A stretch of 64,000 nt of DNA from Azolla caroliniana (taxonomy: Eukaryota > Plantae > Polypodiophyta): the NCBI GenBank assembly GCA_043228905.1, contig JBHGNT010000013.1, positions 7,936,001 to 8,000,000 of the forward strand, in the 5' to 3' direction. The position numbers and the translations under genes are program-made. A model generated the notes under the pieces. The model was given only the letters and a program-made list of their open reading frames with translations, made no database searches and was not told where the DNA came from. Positions 22,114 through 35,529 of the stretch are shown piece by piece. The stretch's first letter is position 1. The number at the start of each line of letters is the position of its first letter.

Positions 22114-23625
22114 ATGCCTTAGATGACTTTTGCACACAACGAGGATTGGTAGTGAATCTAGGGAAAACTAAAGTCCTTATCTTCCACACGTCGGCCCAAG
22201 TTAGAGCTAAGTGTCACCTAACTATCTCCCATAGCCCAGTTGAGGTGGTTGAATCATATGTCTATCTCGGAGTCACTTTCAGTGCCCGCTCAGGTAAATT
22301 TTCGATGACACAAGCAGCGAAGGATAGACTTACAAGAGGACATGCATCCCTCTCACTCCTCGAGAGACAATGCCACCAAGCATACTTCCAAGAGCCACAA
22401 ACTAAAGGGTGGCTCTTTGACTCATTAGTGACTCCCTCTCTCATGTATGCATCAGCGGTTTGGGCTCCAGGACTACCATCTTTCATGTGGATGCAATTAG
22501 AGAGACCATTGGTGATGATGTTATCACGCCAACTTCGAAGCAAATCATCGGTCCCACATGACATTATTAGGGCTGAGTTAACTCTACCCCCTATGTTAGT
22601 AGAAGCACTTTTTCAACTTGTAGTCTTTATCCACATGATACATAACCAACCACTTGATAGAATATCCCATCAAGCCTTTAAGGCTTCTCGAGCACTGCAT
22701 GAGTCCGGCTATACTAGCTCATGGTATGGCATGATGGTTAGTTGGCTTCTTGCCAATGGTCTAGACATTAATAACCTCCCCCCCCCTTAAGTACGACCAC
22801 ACGACTGATAACACTTTAATCTCTCATGAGGACCGTAATAAAGTAATACGCCAAGAAATATGGCAAATTTATACTCGGTATAAATGGATCACCCCACTAG
22901 AGCCACTCCGATCTAAAATGTCATACTATAAGGAACAGTTTATGCACTTCTCTAAGTTAGGTTTTATCACGCGACCAAGATATCTAGATGTATTCTTACC
23001 ACATGCACTAAGGGTTGTCATTGGTCAACTTAGAATATCATCTCACCAACTTGAGATTGAGAATGGACGTACTAATGGAGTCCCTAGGGAGGAAAGGACA
23101 TGTAGGTTATGCCACATAGAGATAGAGGATGAGTACCATTTTACATGCAAATGCCCCACCTATGCCAAGATAATGGCAAAATACCAAGACATACTTGGTT
23201 CCTCTCCCACCCTCCCTAAACTATTAGATACACTAGATATAAAGAAATTAGGTAGATACATCATAGAATTGAAACAACACAGAGAGAATAAGTTACAAAA
23301 CGTTGATAATAATGTTGCTAATGTTTACCAACATGTAACAAATGAAGTTTTTTAGGAACAGGGGGAGACAATGAATGTCGACACACCTGCACCACTAAGG
23401 CTTTTCCTTGATGAAGCAGAAAATCAAAGAAGAACCAAACGCCCTTGGATGTCGGGTTTCAAAGCAACTCAACGAGATGTAGAAGCAATAAAGAAAATAA
23501 GGGAACGTGAACTGCACCGCCTAGAAGCCATGGCTAGGGCACTTTATGCATCGGGACCATGGGTCACACACACACCAAAAACTTTTGACCTCCCACTTCT
23601 TTTTGAGAGACTTGGGTGGAAATGA
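22114..23625 (+). pseudogene. LINE RT C-terminal part, zinc finger and in-frame C-terminal tail
   Basis: ORFs 22080-22790, 22918-23355 and 23371-23625; the last two share a frame and are separated by one TAG. Confidence 0.85.
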
Positions 23626-23787
23626 GATTAGGCTTAGTGCAAAGTTTTGTACACTACTAGAACTCTCTTAGCTTAAGCTATTTTCTTTTATTTTAGTTTT
23701 GATGATTGGATAAACACTCATTTTTGTTGTAAACCAATTGTCGCATGGGCCAAATTTGGCCTTAAAAGACGTTAATATATCTTTCTT

Positions 23788-26232
23788 CCCTTGGTTGGTC
23801 ATGAAGGAGTCGAACTTCCGGTACCATTGTCGGGGAACTTGCTTTAGTTCGTATAAGCTCTTCTTCAACTGGCACACGAAGTGCTCCTTCCCTTTCTTCT
23901 TAAATCCTTCTGATTGATGCATGTAGATCTCTTCTTCAAGGTCGCCACGTAGCAATGCCATCTTGATGTCTAGTTGCTCTACCTCGAGACCCATGCTTGC
24001 CGCTATGCTCAATACCGTCCGGATGGATGACATCTTTACTATCAGGGCAAAGATCTCATCGAAATCCACTCCTTTCTTCTGCTGGAAACCCTTCACCACG
24101 ATCCGGGCTTTATACCTTGGTGGGTTTCCGGCATCTCCCGGTTTCAGCTTGTACACCCACTTGTTCCGGAGTGCTCTCTTCCCTTTTGGCAACTTCGTCA
24201 GTTCATATGTGTGGTTCTCATGTAGGGAATCCATCTTGTCCTGCATGGCACTCAACCACTTGCGGTTGTGGGTGTCTCTCTTTGCTTCTTCGAAGCTTTC
24301 CGGCTCCCCCTCATCAGTTAGCAACACATGCTCTGCATCCGGAAATCTCCGGGGGGCTCTTCTCTCTCGGAGAGTATATCTCCGTCCTTGGTTTCTAACT
24401 ACCTATTCCTCTTTTTGTTCCTCATCCTAGTCTGATTTGGGATCTTGTCCGGTTCCAGTGTCTTCTTCTTCTTCTTCTTCTTCTTCGGTCAGTTCGGTTT
24501 CTTGTCCGTATCCGGCCGGTTCGTCGAGTGTCATCCGATTACCGGCTAACATCTGGTTTTCAACCAGGTAAGTCATTGTGTCCTCGAGCTGGTTTTCATT
24601 GGATGATCCGGAGTTCATCATCTTCTTCTCTGACTCCCAGTCGACAATGGTCCTATCTTCCATGAAGACTATGTCCCGACTCTGGAACACCTTTTTGTCG
24701 ACTAGATCCCACACCCGGTAACCGAACTCATCATCTTCGTATCCAAGGAATATGCATGGTCGGAACTTCGGATCCAACTTTTCTCTCTTGCCCTTCGTCA
24801 CATGCATGTAAGCGAGACACCTGAACACTTTCGGATGCCGGTAAGATACATCTTTACCAATCCATACTTTCTGCGGTGAGTCTCCTTCCAAGGGTGTTGA
24901 GAGTGATCTAATTATCACATAGGTCGCGGTCATCAACGCCTCAGCCTAAAACGTCTTGGGTAACTTTGCATGTGCCAGCATGCTCCGGACACTCTCCATC
25001 ACAGTTCGGTTCATCCGTTCGGCCAGCCTGTTTAGTTCCAGTGTCTTCGGCACGGTAAATTCGAGTCGGATTCCCTTTGACCGGCAGTACTCCTCGAACT
25101 GCCCCCGGTATTCTCCTCCGTTATCTGCTCAAACCACCTTCAGCTTCCGAACGATTTCTCTTTCCACTCTCGCATGGAGCTCCTTCAAGACGGATAACAC
25201 TTGATCCTTCATCTTCAATGGTGAGACCCATAACTTCTAGTTGTGGTCAGCTATAAACGTCACGAAGTACTAGCTCCGACATGTGACTTCATGTCCACTT
25301 GACACACATTGGTATGCACCAGCTCCAGTGGTGCATTCCGTCTCATCGGTGTTCTTAACCGGAACAAGGTTCGGTTTTGCTTGCCAGCCAAGCAATCGGT
25401 ACACTTCTCAAGTTGCACGTCCTTCACTGGAATGAGGTTGTCTTCGGCAAGTCTTCTCATCCCCTTCTCACTCATGTGACACAGTCTTTTGTGCCACAGC
25501 TAACCGGCAGTGTCGGATGCTACATTCACTTTTTCCCGGCATATCCGGGCATTCATCAAGTACAGTGTGTTGACCTTCCGGGCTCGAGCCACTATTACGC
25601 TCCCTTTGCAGAACTTCATGACTCCATTCCAGATGCTACCTGTGTAGCCTTCATCATCTAGCCGACTGGCTGATATCAGGTTAAGTCGAACCTTCGAAAC
25701 GTGTCAGACATCCTTCGGTAGCAACTTGCATTCGGTTGACGTCGTCAACAACACATCTCCTATGCCGATAATTCAGCATGTACCTTCATTCCCCATCCAG
25801 ACACAACCATGATCACCGGCTATGTAGGATGAGAAGCATTTCGGATCCGGTGTCAAGTGGAACGATGCTCCGAAATCAACAACCCACGTTGTCTCGTCGT
25901 CGACAAGGTTTAACTCATTCTCCTTGGTAATGAGCATCAGTTTCTCTTCACATGTCGTGATTGCCGACGTTCCTTTCCGATCCGGGCCTCTCCGGTCCGA
26001 ACTCTTCTTCGAATCAGTGGTGCCAGTTTCTTTCTTTTTCAAGAAATGCCGATAGTTCTTTTGGAAATGCCCCGGCTTCCCATAGTAGAAGCAAGTAGGT
26101 CTCCCCCTTGACTTTGACCTCGTTCCCGATTTGTCCCTATTTTGGGGACTCCGATACCGGCCTCTTCCCCAGTTGTGGTCATCTTCCATAACCAAGGCCT
26201 TCGGATCGGTTCCGGACTCTCGGTCCTTTCGG
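23788..26232 (-). pseudogene. B gag C-terminus, protease, integrase and N-terminal RT
   Basis: CFYYGKPGHF knuckle, WVVDFGASFH, KLDPKFRPCIFLGY, EPESFEEA, RYKARIVVKGF, EEEIYM, LKKSLY. Confidence 0.92.
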
Positions 26233-29200
26233 TGTCGTGATGTTGCGTGTCCAATGGGAGAAATTGTGAAATAGTGTATTTCCACGCACATTACACAAAC
26301 AATTATAAATATGAAAATTATCCTAGGGCCCAATGGCATTTGAGTGCATATAGAGGGGTGCAAGCAAGATTTGAACCTTGCACCTCCAAGATAGAAGACA
26401 TTTATCTTACCATTAGGGCTATTACCAAATACTTGAAATATTATTTATTTCTTTTCATATTCAAAAGGCATAGGAAAACAACCGTACAAAACCATGTTCC
26501 AAGCCCATGGTTTTGTGCATGCCACAAGAAAAACCGTGTGCCCAAAAACCATGGGTATCAATTTTCTTAATCTTTTCAAGTGTGACATTGTCTTCCTCGA
26601 CTCAAACCTCCACATCATTGTCTTTTAAGGTCATCTAACTAACGTCCTCCTCAGTCTGAGACCCCGGTGGTCCCGCTCAAGTAGCACATGCACGTGAGCA
26701 TTTTCGCGACATCTTTTGGTGAACCCAACGTGAAAAGCGGCAGGGGAGGATGAAGATGGAAGAGGAATATCTCATGGAGGTAATGTCAAAGATGATAATG
26801 GAATATTCTAGAGAAGGGAAAAGACGAGATGCGGCCCAACAAGTCGTCCAAAGCGTGGTCGAGCGAGTTGGCTATTTTGACGGGGGCATAGTCCAAAATT
26901 TTGTAGAACCTACAATGCCGAGATGGATTCGAGAGGTGTGAATGAAGCTATGAGGCTAGAGTACTTTTGTCGGGTGGTGGTTGAACCAAACTACAAAGAG
27001 GTAAAAGAGCTTCGAGACGCTCATGATTTGTGGGTGACTTTCAAGGAGGCTCTATTGGAGGCATATGGCTACGAGAGACTGAAGGGACAAAGTTTTTACA
27101 TGTTTGACCAATGGGTGGCATCAATGAAGACCCACCGGAGTGCCATGGATTCGTTCGTTGAGTTTGAGTATCGCTCCACTCAACTCTTAGAGTGGGATCA
27201 AAGATTGGTGGGGGTCAATAAAGTTCTACTATTTGTAAAGTCAATCGATCAATATGAAAGGAAGGCCATTGGAATCCAACTCGAGGATGACAATGGTGCA
27301 AATGGCCTCATCGAGGATTGGGCCAGAGTGGAAAGGGTATGCCGACAACACGACGAGAGGAAGACGAGATTCTCGTCGACAACAACACGACCCATGAGGG
27401 ATGTTCAAAGGAGAACGGGATGTGGCAATACACCACCACCAAAGGAAGAAAGCTCGAAGAGGGAAGATTTGATACTCAACATAGAAATCTTTATGAGAGC
27501 GGCATTTGAGAACTTAAAGGCGCAAGTTGAGGCTGAAGAGAAGCTTCAAAAGGAGCAAAAACTGAAGCAGATGGTGATCGAGGAAGAAGAGACCTCCCGA
27601 CGAATGTGGGTTAATGAAGTGGCCAAGATGAATGCCCAAGTTCGGTACCACGAGAGAAGATGTGGAACAAGACACCCTCTTGTCTTGCAAAGAAACAACA
27701 ACGAAGAATGAAACCAATGAATCGAGGATGTGAATGCCACTTCAAGCGAGGATAAATGTTTCGGAACACGCATCGTGTCTAAAGCATCGAGTAATGAAGG
27801 TGCAAGCATGAGCAACGCTTGCGTGATCGAGGGATGTAAAGAGTGCGAGGTCGACATGATTGAGGCGGTAGCCATGAGGAATGACATCGAGTCGTAGATG
27901 GCTATGGATGAGAAGAAGGTGACCGATGGTGCCGAGGTTTTCCCTACAATTGGTCCTGAGACTTCGGCAGTTGTGCCCGATTGCCAATGTGAGACCGGAG
28001 AGACAGAAGGTGGTGACAGGAAATTGAAGGACCGAAACGGCGATGAGGACGATGAGGTGAATGACCACAGACAAAGGGATCCCTCCACACCAGTTTTGGA
28101 GACTTCGGCAGTTGTGTCTGAGAGCCAACATAAGACCGGAGAGACAGAAGGTGGCAGCGAGGAGATGAGAGTCGAAGCCAGCGCATACGAAGGAACAATG
28201 GACAACAAGGAGGCCAAGAACAAAGCTACAATAGAGTTCAATGAAGAGCTAGAGAGCGGGAATTGATCAACCAGGCCCGACCGAACCAAAACCCAGATGG
28301 AAGTTGTTCGTCTGAGTCCGATTCGGCCGAATGCAAATCCGGACGAAGGCCAACCAAGTGAGAAGTTGATTGGTTGAGACCGATCCAAACAGAAGTTGAA
28401 CCGACATAGCCGTAGGTTGAAGAAGACGAGCCACAACACCTGGTCGAGGCTAGTGAGCATGAGGGAAGGCAAGCATGAGACGAGAAAGACCGATCGGAAG
28501 AAGATTGATGACCAAGGAGATGGTCAGAATGAAGGCGGCACATGTACGATGCATGAAGGGTTACGCTCAGGTGGAGCAAAAAGGGCTATGCCAAGTGGTC
28601 ATGGCAAAGCGAAGGGCGAGCGAATGATATGGTTGATCGGGTGGCGACGATGGTTCGAGTGGAAGGAATGCATGTGCTCAAAATGGAGGACAAAGGCCGA
28701 TGCAAGTGAGGCGTAAGACAGAAAGAAATCAAAGGTCAACCACCTTTGAGTCCACCACATCACTCTTTTCTTCTTGGCACATGCCGGAGGATGTGCAGTT
28801 TGGTGGGGGTGGATGTCGTGATGTTGCATGTCCAATGTGAGAAATTATGAAATAGTGTAGTTCCACACACATTACACAAACAATTATAAATATGAAAATT
28901 ATGCTAGGGCCTAGTGGCATTTGAGTGCATATAGAGGGGTATAAGCAAGATTTGAACCTTGCACCTCCAAGATAGAAGACATTTATCTTTCCATTACGGC
29001 TATTACCAAGTACTTAAAATATTATTTATTTCTTTTCATATTCAAAAGGCATAGGAAAACAACCGTACAAAACCATGTGCACAAAACCATGTTCCAAGCC
29101 CATGGTTTTGTGCATGCCACAAGAAAAACCGTGTGCCCAAAAACCATGGGTCCAAGCCCAGTGTTTTGTGCATGTTAGAAGCATGGATAGACCTATAAAA

Positions 29201-29436
29201 ACCCTTGTAAGACTTGTGTAAAAGGGGGGGCTCAATATGTGATGTCACCATCACCACCATCATCAATATAATACTCTCATTTTTCTTTTTCTAATTAAAC
29301 ATCTTCTCTCAAGTGTATCAATTTTCTTAATCTTTTCAAGTGTGACATTGTCTTCCTCGACTCAAACCTCCACATCATTGTCTTTTAAGGTCATCTAACG
29401 TCCTCCTCAATCTGAGACCCCGATGGTCCCACTCAA
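26233..29436 (+). mobile_element. Gag-only non-autonomous LTR element F
   Basis: LTRs 26233-26711 and 28814-29436 (right end deleted), PBS TGGTGAACCCAACGTGA at 26717-26733 (tRNA-Trp type), G-rich PPT at about 28801-28813, no pol motifs. Confidence 0.85.
26750..27711 (+). pseudogene. Gag-like ORF of F (frameshifted)
   Basis: YFDG...FVE.YNAEMDSRGV...W.TFKEALLEAYG helical capsid-like pattern directly after the PBS. Confidence 0.6.
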
Positions 29437-29798
29437 CAGGAGTAATGTGAGTACCTCATCGGCAAGAGGTACTTCCAACAAGGTTGCTTGATGTATTAGC
29501 CCCTGGAAGGCATGCATGTGTTCCGCCATACTGGAGCCGTCTTGGTGCCAGAGCCTCACTAGCTTCTGGAACACCGAAACCCGATTAACGACATTCTTGT
29601 TCTGTGGAACATGATGCCGATCTTCTCCCAGAGTTCATGAGCCTTACTTTCTTTATTGAAGTTGTTGTACAAGCTCATGTCGATGAAACACCGGATGTAT
29701 GCCGTCATCTTCATGTGCATCACCTCCAACACTTTGGCGTTGATCTTATTCGGTCTCTTGTCCCCGAACTGAACTGACAACCAAAGATCTTTAACCAC
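29437..29798 (-). pseudogene. B gag, middle part
   Basis: KDLWLSVQFG...AHELWEKI...SMAEHMHAFQGL. Confidence 0.8.
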
Positions 29799-30435
29799 TG
29801 TTGTCCAGAGGACAGAAATGTAAAATTAGGAAATTAGCAAACGTCGAGTCTGAGTATCACGGGCCACCGATGGCTCGGCTGTGTATTAGGGGAAAAGTTA
29901 TTTAAACCTCAGAGTGGGGAGAGAAGAAAAATATAGGCGGAAGCACTAGCTTAGGCCATCGTAACTAGATAAACTTGTAAGGTCACCGGCCATAGCCCGT
30001 GTTTTGTAATCTTTTTCTGTCATATTAATAGATCTGATTTGTGCCCATTTTGCTCCATGAGTCTGTGCTTTGATCCATACCTATGAGTGCAACGCCACCC
30101 ACGTCTATCAAGACCTCGCTAGTGTTTTCTCTCTGAGCCCTGTATCTCTCTCGACGCCTCTGTTACGAGCCTTCACGTACCACGCCCTTGAAGACCGATA
30201 GCCGCAGATCTATCGAAGGTGTTCACCCAAAGGAACGGGTAACACAATTTGGCACGCCCGGTTACAACTGTGAGTGCACAATAGACTTCGTTGAAGGTAA
30301 CCACCAGCCGTCGTTACGGCGCCCTCTCGCACCACGAGGTTTCGGCCACCCGCCCGACGCCCTGAGCCAGTCGAAGGAACTTCCGACTCGGCGGTCACTG
30401 ACCAATCCTTTCCCGATCAATCGGAGGCTTGTCCA

Positions 30436-33267
30436 GTGCAATCCTCGACACCGGACACTCGATCGCGAGTTGATTCACAACCACAACCCCCGTCGAGCCC
30501 TCCGGAGGTTAATCAACCGGAACTAAACCCTTTTTCGGTGCTACCAGAAGACCCACAGTACGACATCATGCCATACCCATACCCACGATACACCGACGGA
30601 CCAGACGCGGAGTCACACGTTCGTGCCTTCATATCCACGTGGCAGGCTAACCACGCCACGCACGGCCTCATGCTGGCCGAAATCGATGCCTCGAAGATTG
30701 TCGAGTTCACACTCTCCCTTGATGGACCAGCCGCACGATGGTACTCTCGCCTCGAAATAGGAGAGGCCACCACTTTCCAAATCGTGCGCACAAAGTTCCT
30801 TGAACTTTTTCATCGCGAGGTGCCTAAACGGGAACTGCTCTGGCAATTCTTCTCTATATGCCAGGAACCGCACGAAACGGTCACGCAGTTCACGATCCGG
30901 TTCCAGGATCTCTACAGACAAGTGGCCGATGATGTCTCAGCACAACATATACCGGACACTTTCCTATCCAATTTACGAGAGACTCTACGAACGACTCTCG
31001 CACTTACAAATTTCGCGAACCATACTATCGAACAAGTCATAGCGCGCGTTCTCGCCCTCGATCGGAACCAGCACGGCACGGCCTTCTCGATGACATCCTT
31101 GCAAAACGCTCTTCCCCAAGAGGACAATCTCTTTCGCCAAGCCCTCCAATGCACTGCATGTTCAGGATCAGGACACCTGGCCCTCAAATGTCCCCACCGA
31201 CCACAGTGTCCGATCTGTCAGTCTCGAGCTCACACGATTGAGCAGTGCGAATATAATATGCTGAACCGCACAACGGCGGCACCGGTCCGCCAGATCGAGC
31301 GACGAAATACATACTCTCGGTAGGACGAGCGATATATCTACCGAGACTAGGATAACGACCAACCGCGATCCCCGGATTGACGGCGCCGAGACGACGATTA
31401 CCAACGTAATAACCCCCGTGATTATTATCGCGATGACCGGCACGACGATTATGGCCGATATGATGACGATCGCGATGACCGGTATGATCGACGGAACTCA
31501 TGCATTGATCGGCGAAATGGCAACCGTAACACACGCAACAATAGAAGACCTAATGACAACCGCCGACGGGACGCTCCTCAAAATGACCAGCGCAACTCCA
31601 ACGCACCTCGGAACAACCCACCACCAAATGAGACCGAGAATCAACAACAACAACTTCCACACACAGACCGAGCAGACACCAGCAGCTCAGCCAACGTGAC
31701 ATGTTTTAAATGTAATCAACCAGGCCATTACACCACCCAATGTCCGACAACCAACCGTGGCAAGGCACCCGCGGTGAACAGTATCATGGCCGATGTTCAA
31801 ACGGTCACTACCCGGAGTAAAGCGCAAACTACTCAGTGGCAAATCCAAGATGAAGTACGTCAGGCAGCAAAAGAATGGGTCGACACGGCCAATAAAAATA
31901 ATGTCGTACGCATGCAAACTAAGATGAGGGACGGGCCCTGTGAAGTACCACAAACCTCGGCACCATCCACGTCGTCGGAGGACGACCAGCTATGGGATGT
32001 TCTTACCAACTCCCGCATCTCGTTGCCCCTACATAAACTGCTACCACACCCTGGCGGCACTCCAAGCCAATACTAAGCCCGTGACGCCACCGGTACACCT
32101 CACCGAAGCAGGAACCGGTCCACCACTCATGGATTCTCAGAACCCAGCCGTGCGAATCATCATTAAGGGACAAGACCTGCACGGATGCATCATCGACGAC
32201 GGATCCGGCGTAAACGTTATTAGCGAGTCAACGTGTCTCAACCTAGGCTTGAATCAATGGGAACCATGCCCCTTTTGGCTTCGGATGGCCGACACCCGCT
32301 CCATTCGCCCCATTGGTTTAATCCGCCATCTCGACTTCACACTCGGAGGCCACATGTTCACAATCTCGGCCGTCGTGCTACGACTGGAGACACAAGGCGC
32401 CTACCCAATGTTACTAGGTCGATCATGGTTGCGTACAGCGAATATCAAGCAACATTGGCAACGCAACATGATCTCGTTCCGAAGAGGAAAGACAAAAGTT
32501 TGAATCATCACTGAAGAACGAGTCCCCGTCACCCTCAACACTTCGCCGTTATATGCTCGACGGGTTGGCCGATGAGGAGGTCGATGACTTCCTAGATGAT
32601 CATCCCACGATCATCCCTCTCTTCGAAATCAATGCCTTACCAACCATCGAGCCATCTAAAGACGAGGAAGTCACGGAGGAGTCACCACCCCAGGAGGAAC
32701 CAGATGCAACCACGATTGCCGAGCTACGTTCATGCTCAGGACGCTTTTGAACGCGAACTCGCCATTTCACAACGAGTGAAAGCATCAACCCCGGAAACAA
32801 TAAACCTCGGTTCGGACGAGAATCCCCATACGATACAAATTGCCAATAATCTACCAACAGGAGAACGGGCATGCCTCGTAAAATTACTCACCGACTACCA
32901 AGATGTTTTCGCTTGGTCTTACACCGATATGAAGGGGTTGGATCCTCAATACTACCAACATCAAATTCACATCTTACTCGACACTCGGCCGGTTCAGCAG
33001 AGGCGCTACAGGATGAACCCCAACTACGCCGCTAAAGTCAAAGAGGAAATTGACAAACTACTCCGAGTGGGTTTTATTCGCCCTGTTAAACGGGTTACTT
33101 GGTTGAGCCCGATCGTAGTGGTCCCAAAGAAGAACGGAAAAATCCGCATCTGCATCGACTATCGGAAGCTTAACGCGGCAACAGTCACCGACGGTTTCCC
33201 TCTCCCATTCACGGATAACGTCCTCGATACGGTAGCCGGCCACGAATGCTACAGTTTCCTCGACGGG
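30436..33267 (+). pseudogene. D gag, protease and N-terminal RT
   Basis: ORFs 30436, 31696, 31940 (IIDDGSGVNVI) and 32596 (YRKLN...YSFLDG, cut by H). Confidence 0.92.
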
Positions 33268-33763
33268 TGTCATGATATGGCAAGACTCGAACCCATGACC
33301 TTATGCTACATGGGTCGAGCTCTTGACCATTAGACTATACATTGTAATGCGTAAAATATTATTTTCATTTATGTTTTATTATAGAAATTGATGTATATTC
33401 CAGATTTCTCTAGAACATTCTAGAAACTTCAGGAGTATTCCTTAGAACACTATAAAAGGAGGCACAAGGCATTATTTCGAACCAAATTGGTTCAACGCCA
33501 GTCTTAAGCCTCCTAGCTACTGTACATTTTCCTCACATAATATATATCTTTTCTTATCATCACTCTCTCTCGATCTCTCTCTCCCTCCCTCTCACTCACT
33601 CGTTCCTTCTCTCGAGAGTCCTTCACCTCTCTTAGTACTAATACTTCTTTTAGTACTAATTCCTTCTCTGTCTTAGTACTGTTCCTGACAGTTTGAACCG
33701 ATTTCCCTACCTTCTATCTCTCTCATTTCCTACTAATCTCTTATTCCTCTTTTCTTTCATCCC

Positions 33764-34915
33764 ATGGCCACTGTTAGCGTTGAAGAATATCAATCTGTTT
33801 TTTCGGAATTTCAATGCTTGAAAGAGAAGTTCCATGCTTTGGAACAAGAAAACCAACGGTTGCTGGGGGATCTTCCGCAAATCTCCTTAGAAAAGCAACA
33901 AACGCAACAACAGCATGGGGAACTTGCATTACGCGTGCAACAACTCGAAGCCACCATCGTAGCGATGCAACAACAAGGGCCCGGAACACAAGGGATTCAT
34001 AAAGAACCCAAGATTGGCCTTCCCACAAAGTTCGATGGAACGCGATCGCAGTTTAGAGGGTTCCTTAACCAGGTACGATTAGTTATTCAAATGCATCCTT
34101 CCCGATATCCCACCGATGCATCACGAGTGGGTTTAGTAGGCACTTTGTTAAGTGGCTCAGCGTTGGCATGGTTTGCTCCACTATTAGAAAAGGAATCTCC
34201 GTTACTCAACAATTTTGAAGAGTTTCTTGGTGAGTTTAAAGCATGTTTCGGAGATACTGACAGCATTAGGACCGCAACCAACAAAATTCGGCGATTACGC
34301 CAAGGTGACCGTCTAGCCTCTGCATATGCTACAGATTTTCGCCTACTCACCGCCGATATCCCTTGGGATGATCAAGCGTTGATGGAGCAATTCTGTTATG
34401 ATTTACACAACGACGTCAAGGATTTACTCTTGACCTTCCCCGAAGAGCCAAAGTCCTTAACAGAAGCAATCAGTCGTGCGGTGAGATGTGACAACCACCT
34501 CTTTGAGCGACGTTCGGAACGACAACTACAAATGCCGAGGGCAAGATCAGAGCCCACCTACGCCTCAGTGGTATCAAGACCTTTTCCGAGGGAGTCATAT
34601 AATGTGCCTCCAGCGAATACGCCGACTCCGATGGAGATTGACACTACACGTCGTCGAGGGCCATTATCCGAAGAAGAAAAGCAGTGACGGTGTACAAATC
34701 GACTATGTCTTTACTGCGGTGGACCAGGACATATTGCAATAAATTGCCCCCATAGGCCAAGAAGACAGGTAAACCAAATAGTCGCTAGTTCTAATTGTAC
34801 TAAACCCGAGCCTATTTTAGTAGGGATATCTGATAGTCCTAATAGTACTAATAGCCCAGATCTAGCGAACAGATTTGATGTCCTTAGTTAGTTAGAAGAA
34901 GAGTTAAACGACTAA
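33764..34915 (+). pseudogene. H gag (PEG10/RTL1-like capsid with CCHC knuckle)
   Basis: PTKFDGTRSQFRGFLNQ, LSGSALAWF, LRQG, PMEID and CLYCGGPGH after a TGA. Confidence 0.9.
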
Positions 34916-35529
34916 GTCCAGCCAAAATAGGAGCCGTTTGGTTGGACAGCCCTGGATCTGTGCAGCCCATTAGTGGTTCCATTCCCTCTAAGCAAGTTAG
35001 TGATGTGTTCGTAGCCCAAGTAATAGTTAGTACTAAAAGTACCCCTCCAGTACATGTCCTAGCACTCCTAGATTCCGGAGCTAACTCTTGCTTTATGGAT
35101 AGGAAATTTGCTCAAGCTCATAAGATATCCCTAAGAAAACTCTAGTGGCCAGCCTCTATAGTAGTCATTGATGGACGTCCCATTGCTTCCGGAAATATCA
35201 TAGAAGAGTCAGAGCCCATTAATATTGTCCTAGATAACTTAGCATGTGTAGTATCATTTAATATTATTAGTATCCCAGAACATCCCATAGTTTTAGGATT
35301 ACCATGGTTCGAGTTCCATAACCCAGACATAGATTGGAGAACAAGAGAAATCCGGTGTCGACAAACCCAAGGGTCAACTCAGAAGATGGCAACCATTTCG
35401 CTATGTCAGTTGCATAAAGAAGGGCGCAAGGAAGAAATGTTCCTCTTTGCAATATCAGTAAACCCCTCCAGCACCACTAAAGAAGAATCCACCGTTCAAC
35501 TTCCTTAGAAGTATCGTCATTACATCGAT

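Larger units (their letters stand above)
8321..23787 (+). mobile_element. 5'-truncated non-LTR retrotransposon (RTEX-like LINE), split by C into 8321-9553 and 22114-23787
   Basis: QAGFR, FVDFRKAFD, GVKQGCPL, YADN|LDDFC..GLVVNLGKTK, YVYLG; C-terminal LRISSHQLEIENGR..CRLC..EDEYHF..C. The frame is continuous across the C insertion. Confidence 0.88.

Noticed and set aside
27546-28472. 308-aa antisense ORF in F
   Set aside because: Ser/Leu-rich shadow of the purine-rich sense strand.
29040-29180. Short AAAACCATG repeats resembling an array
   Set aside because: Irregular LTR-internal repeats without unique spacers in eukaryotic DNA; not CRISPR.
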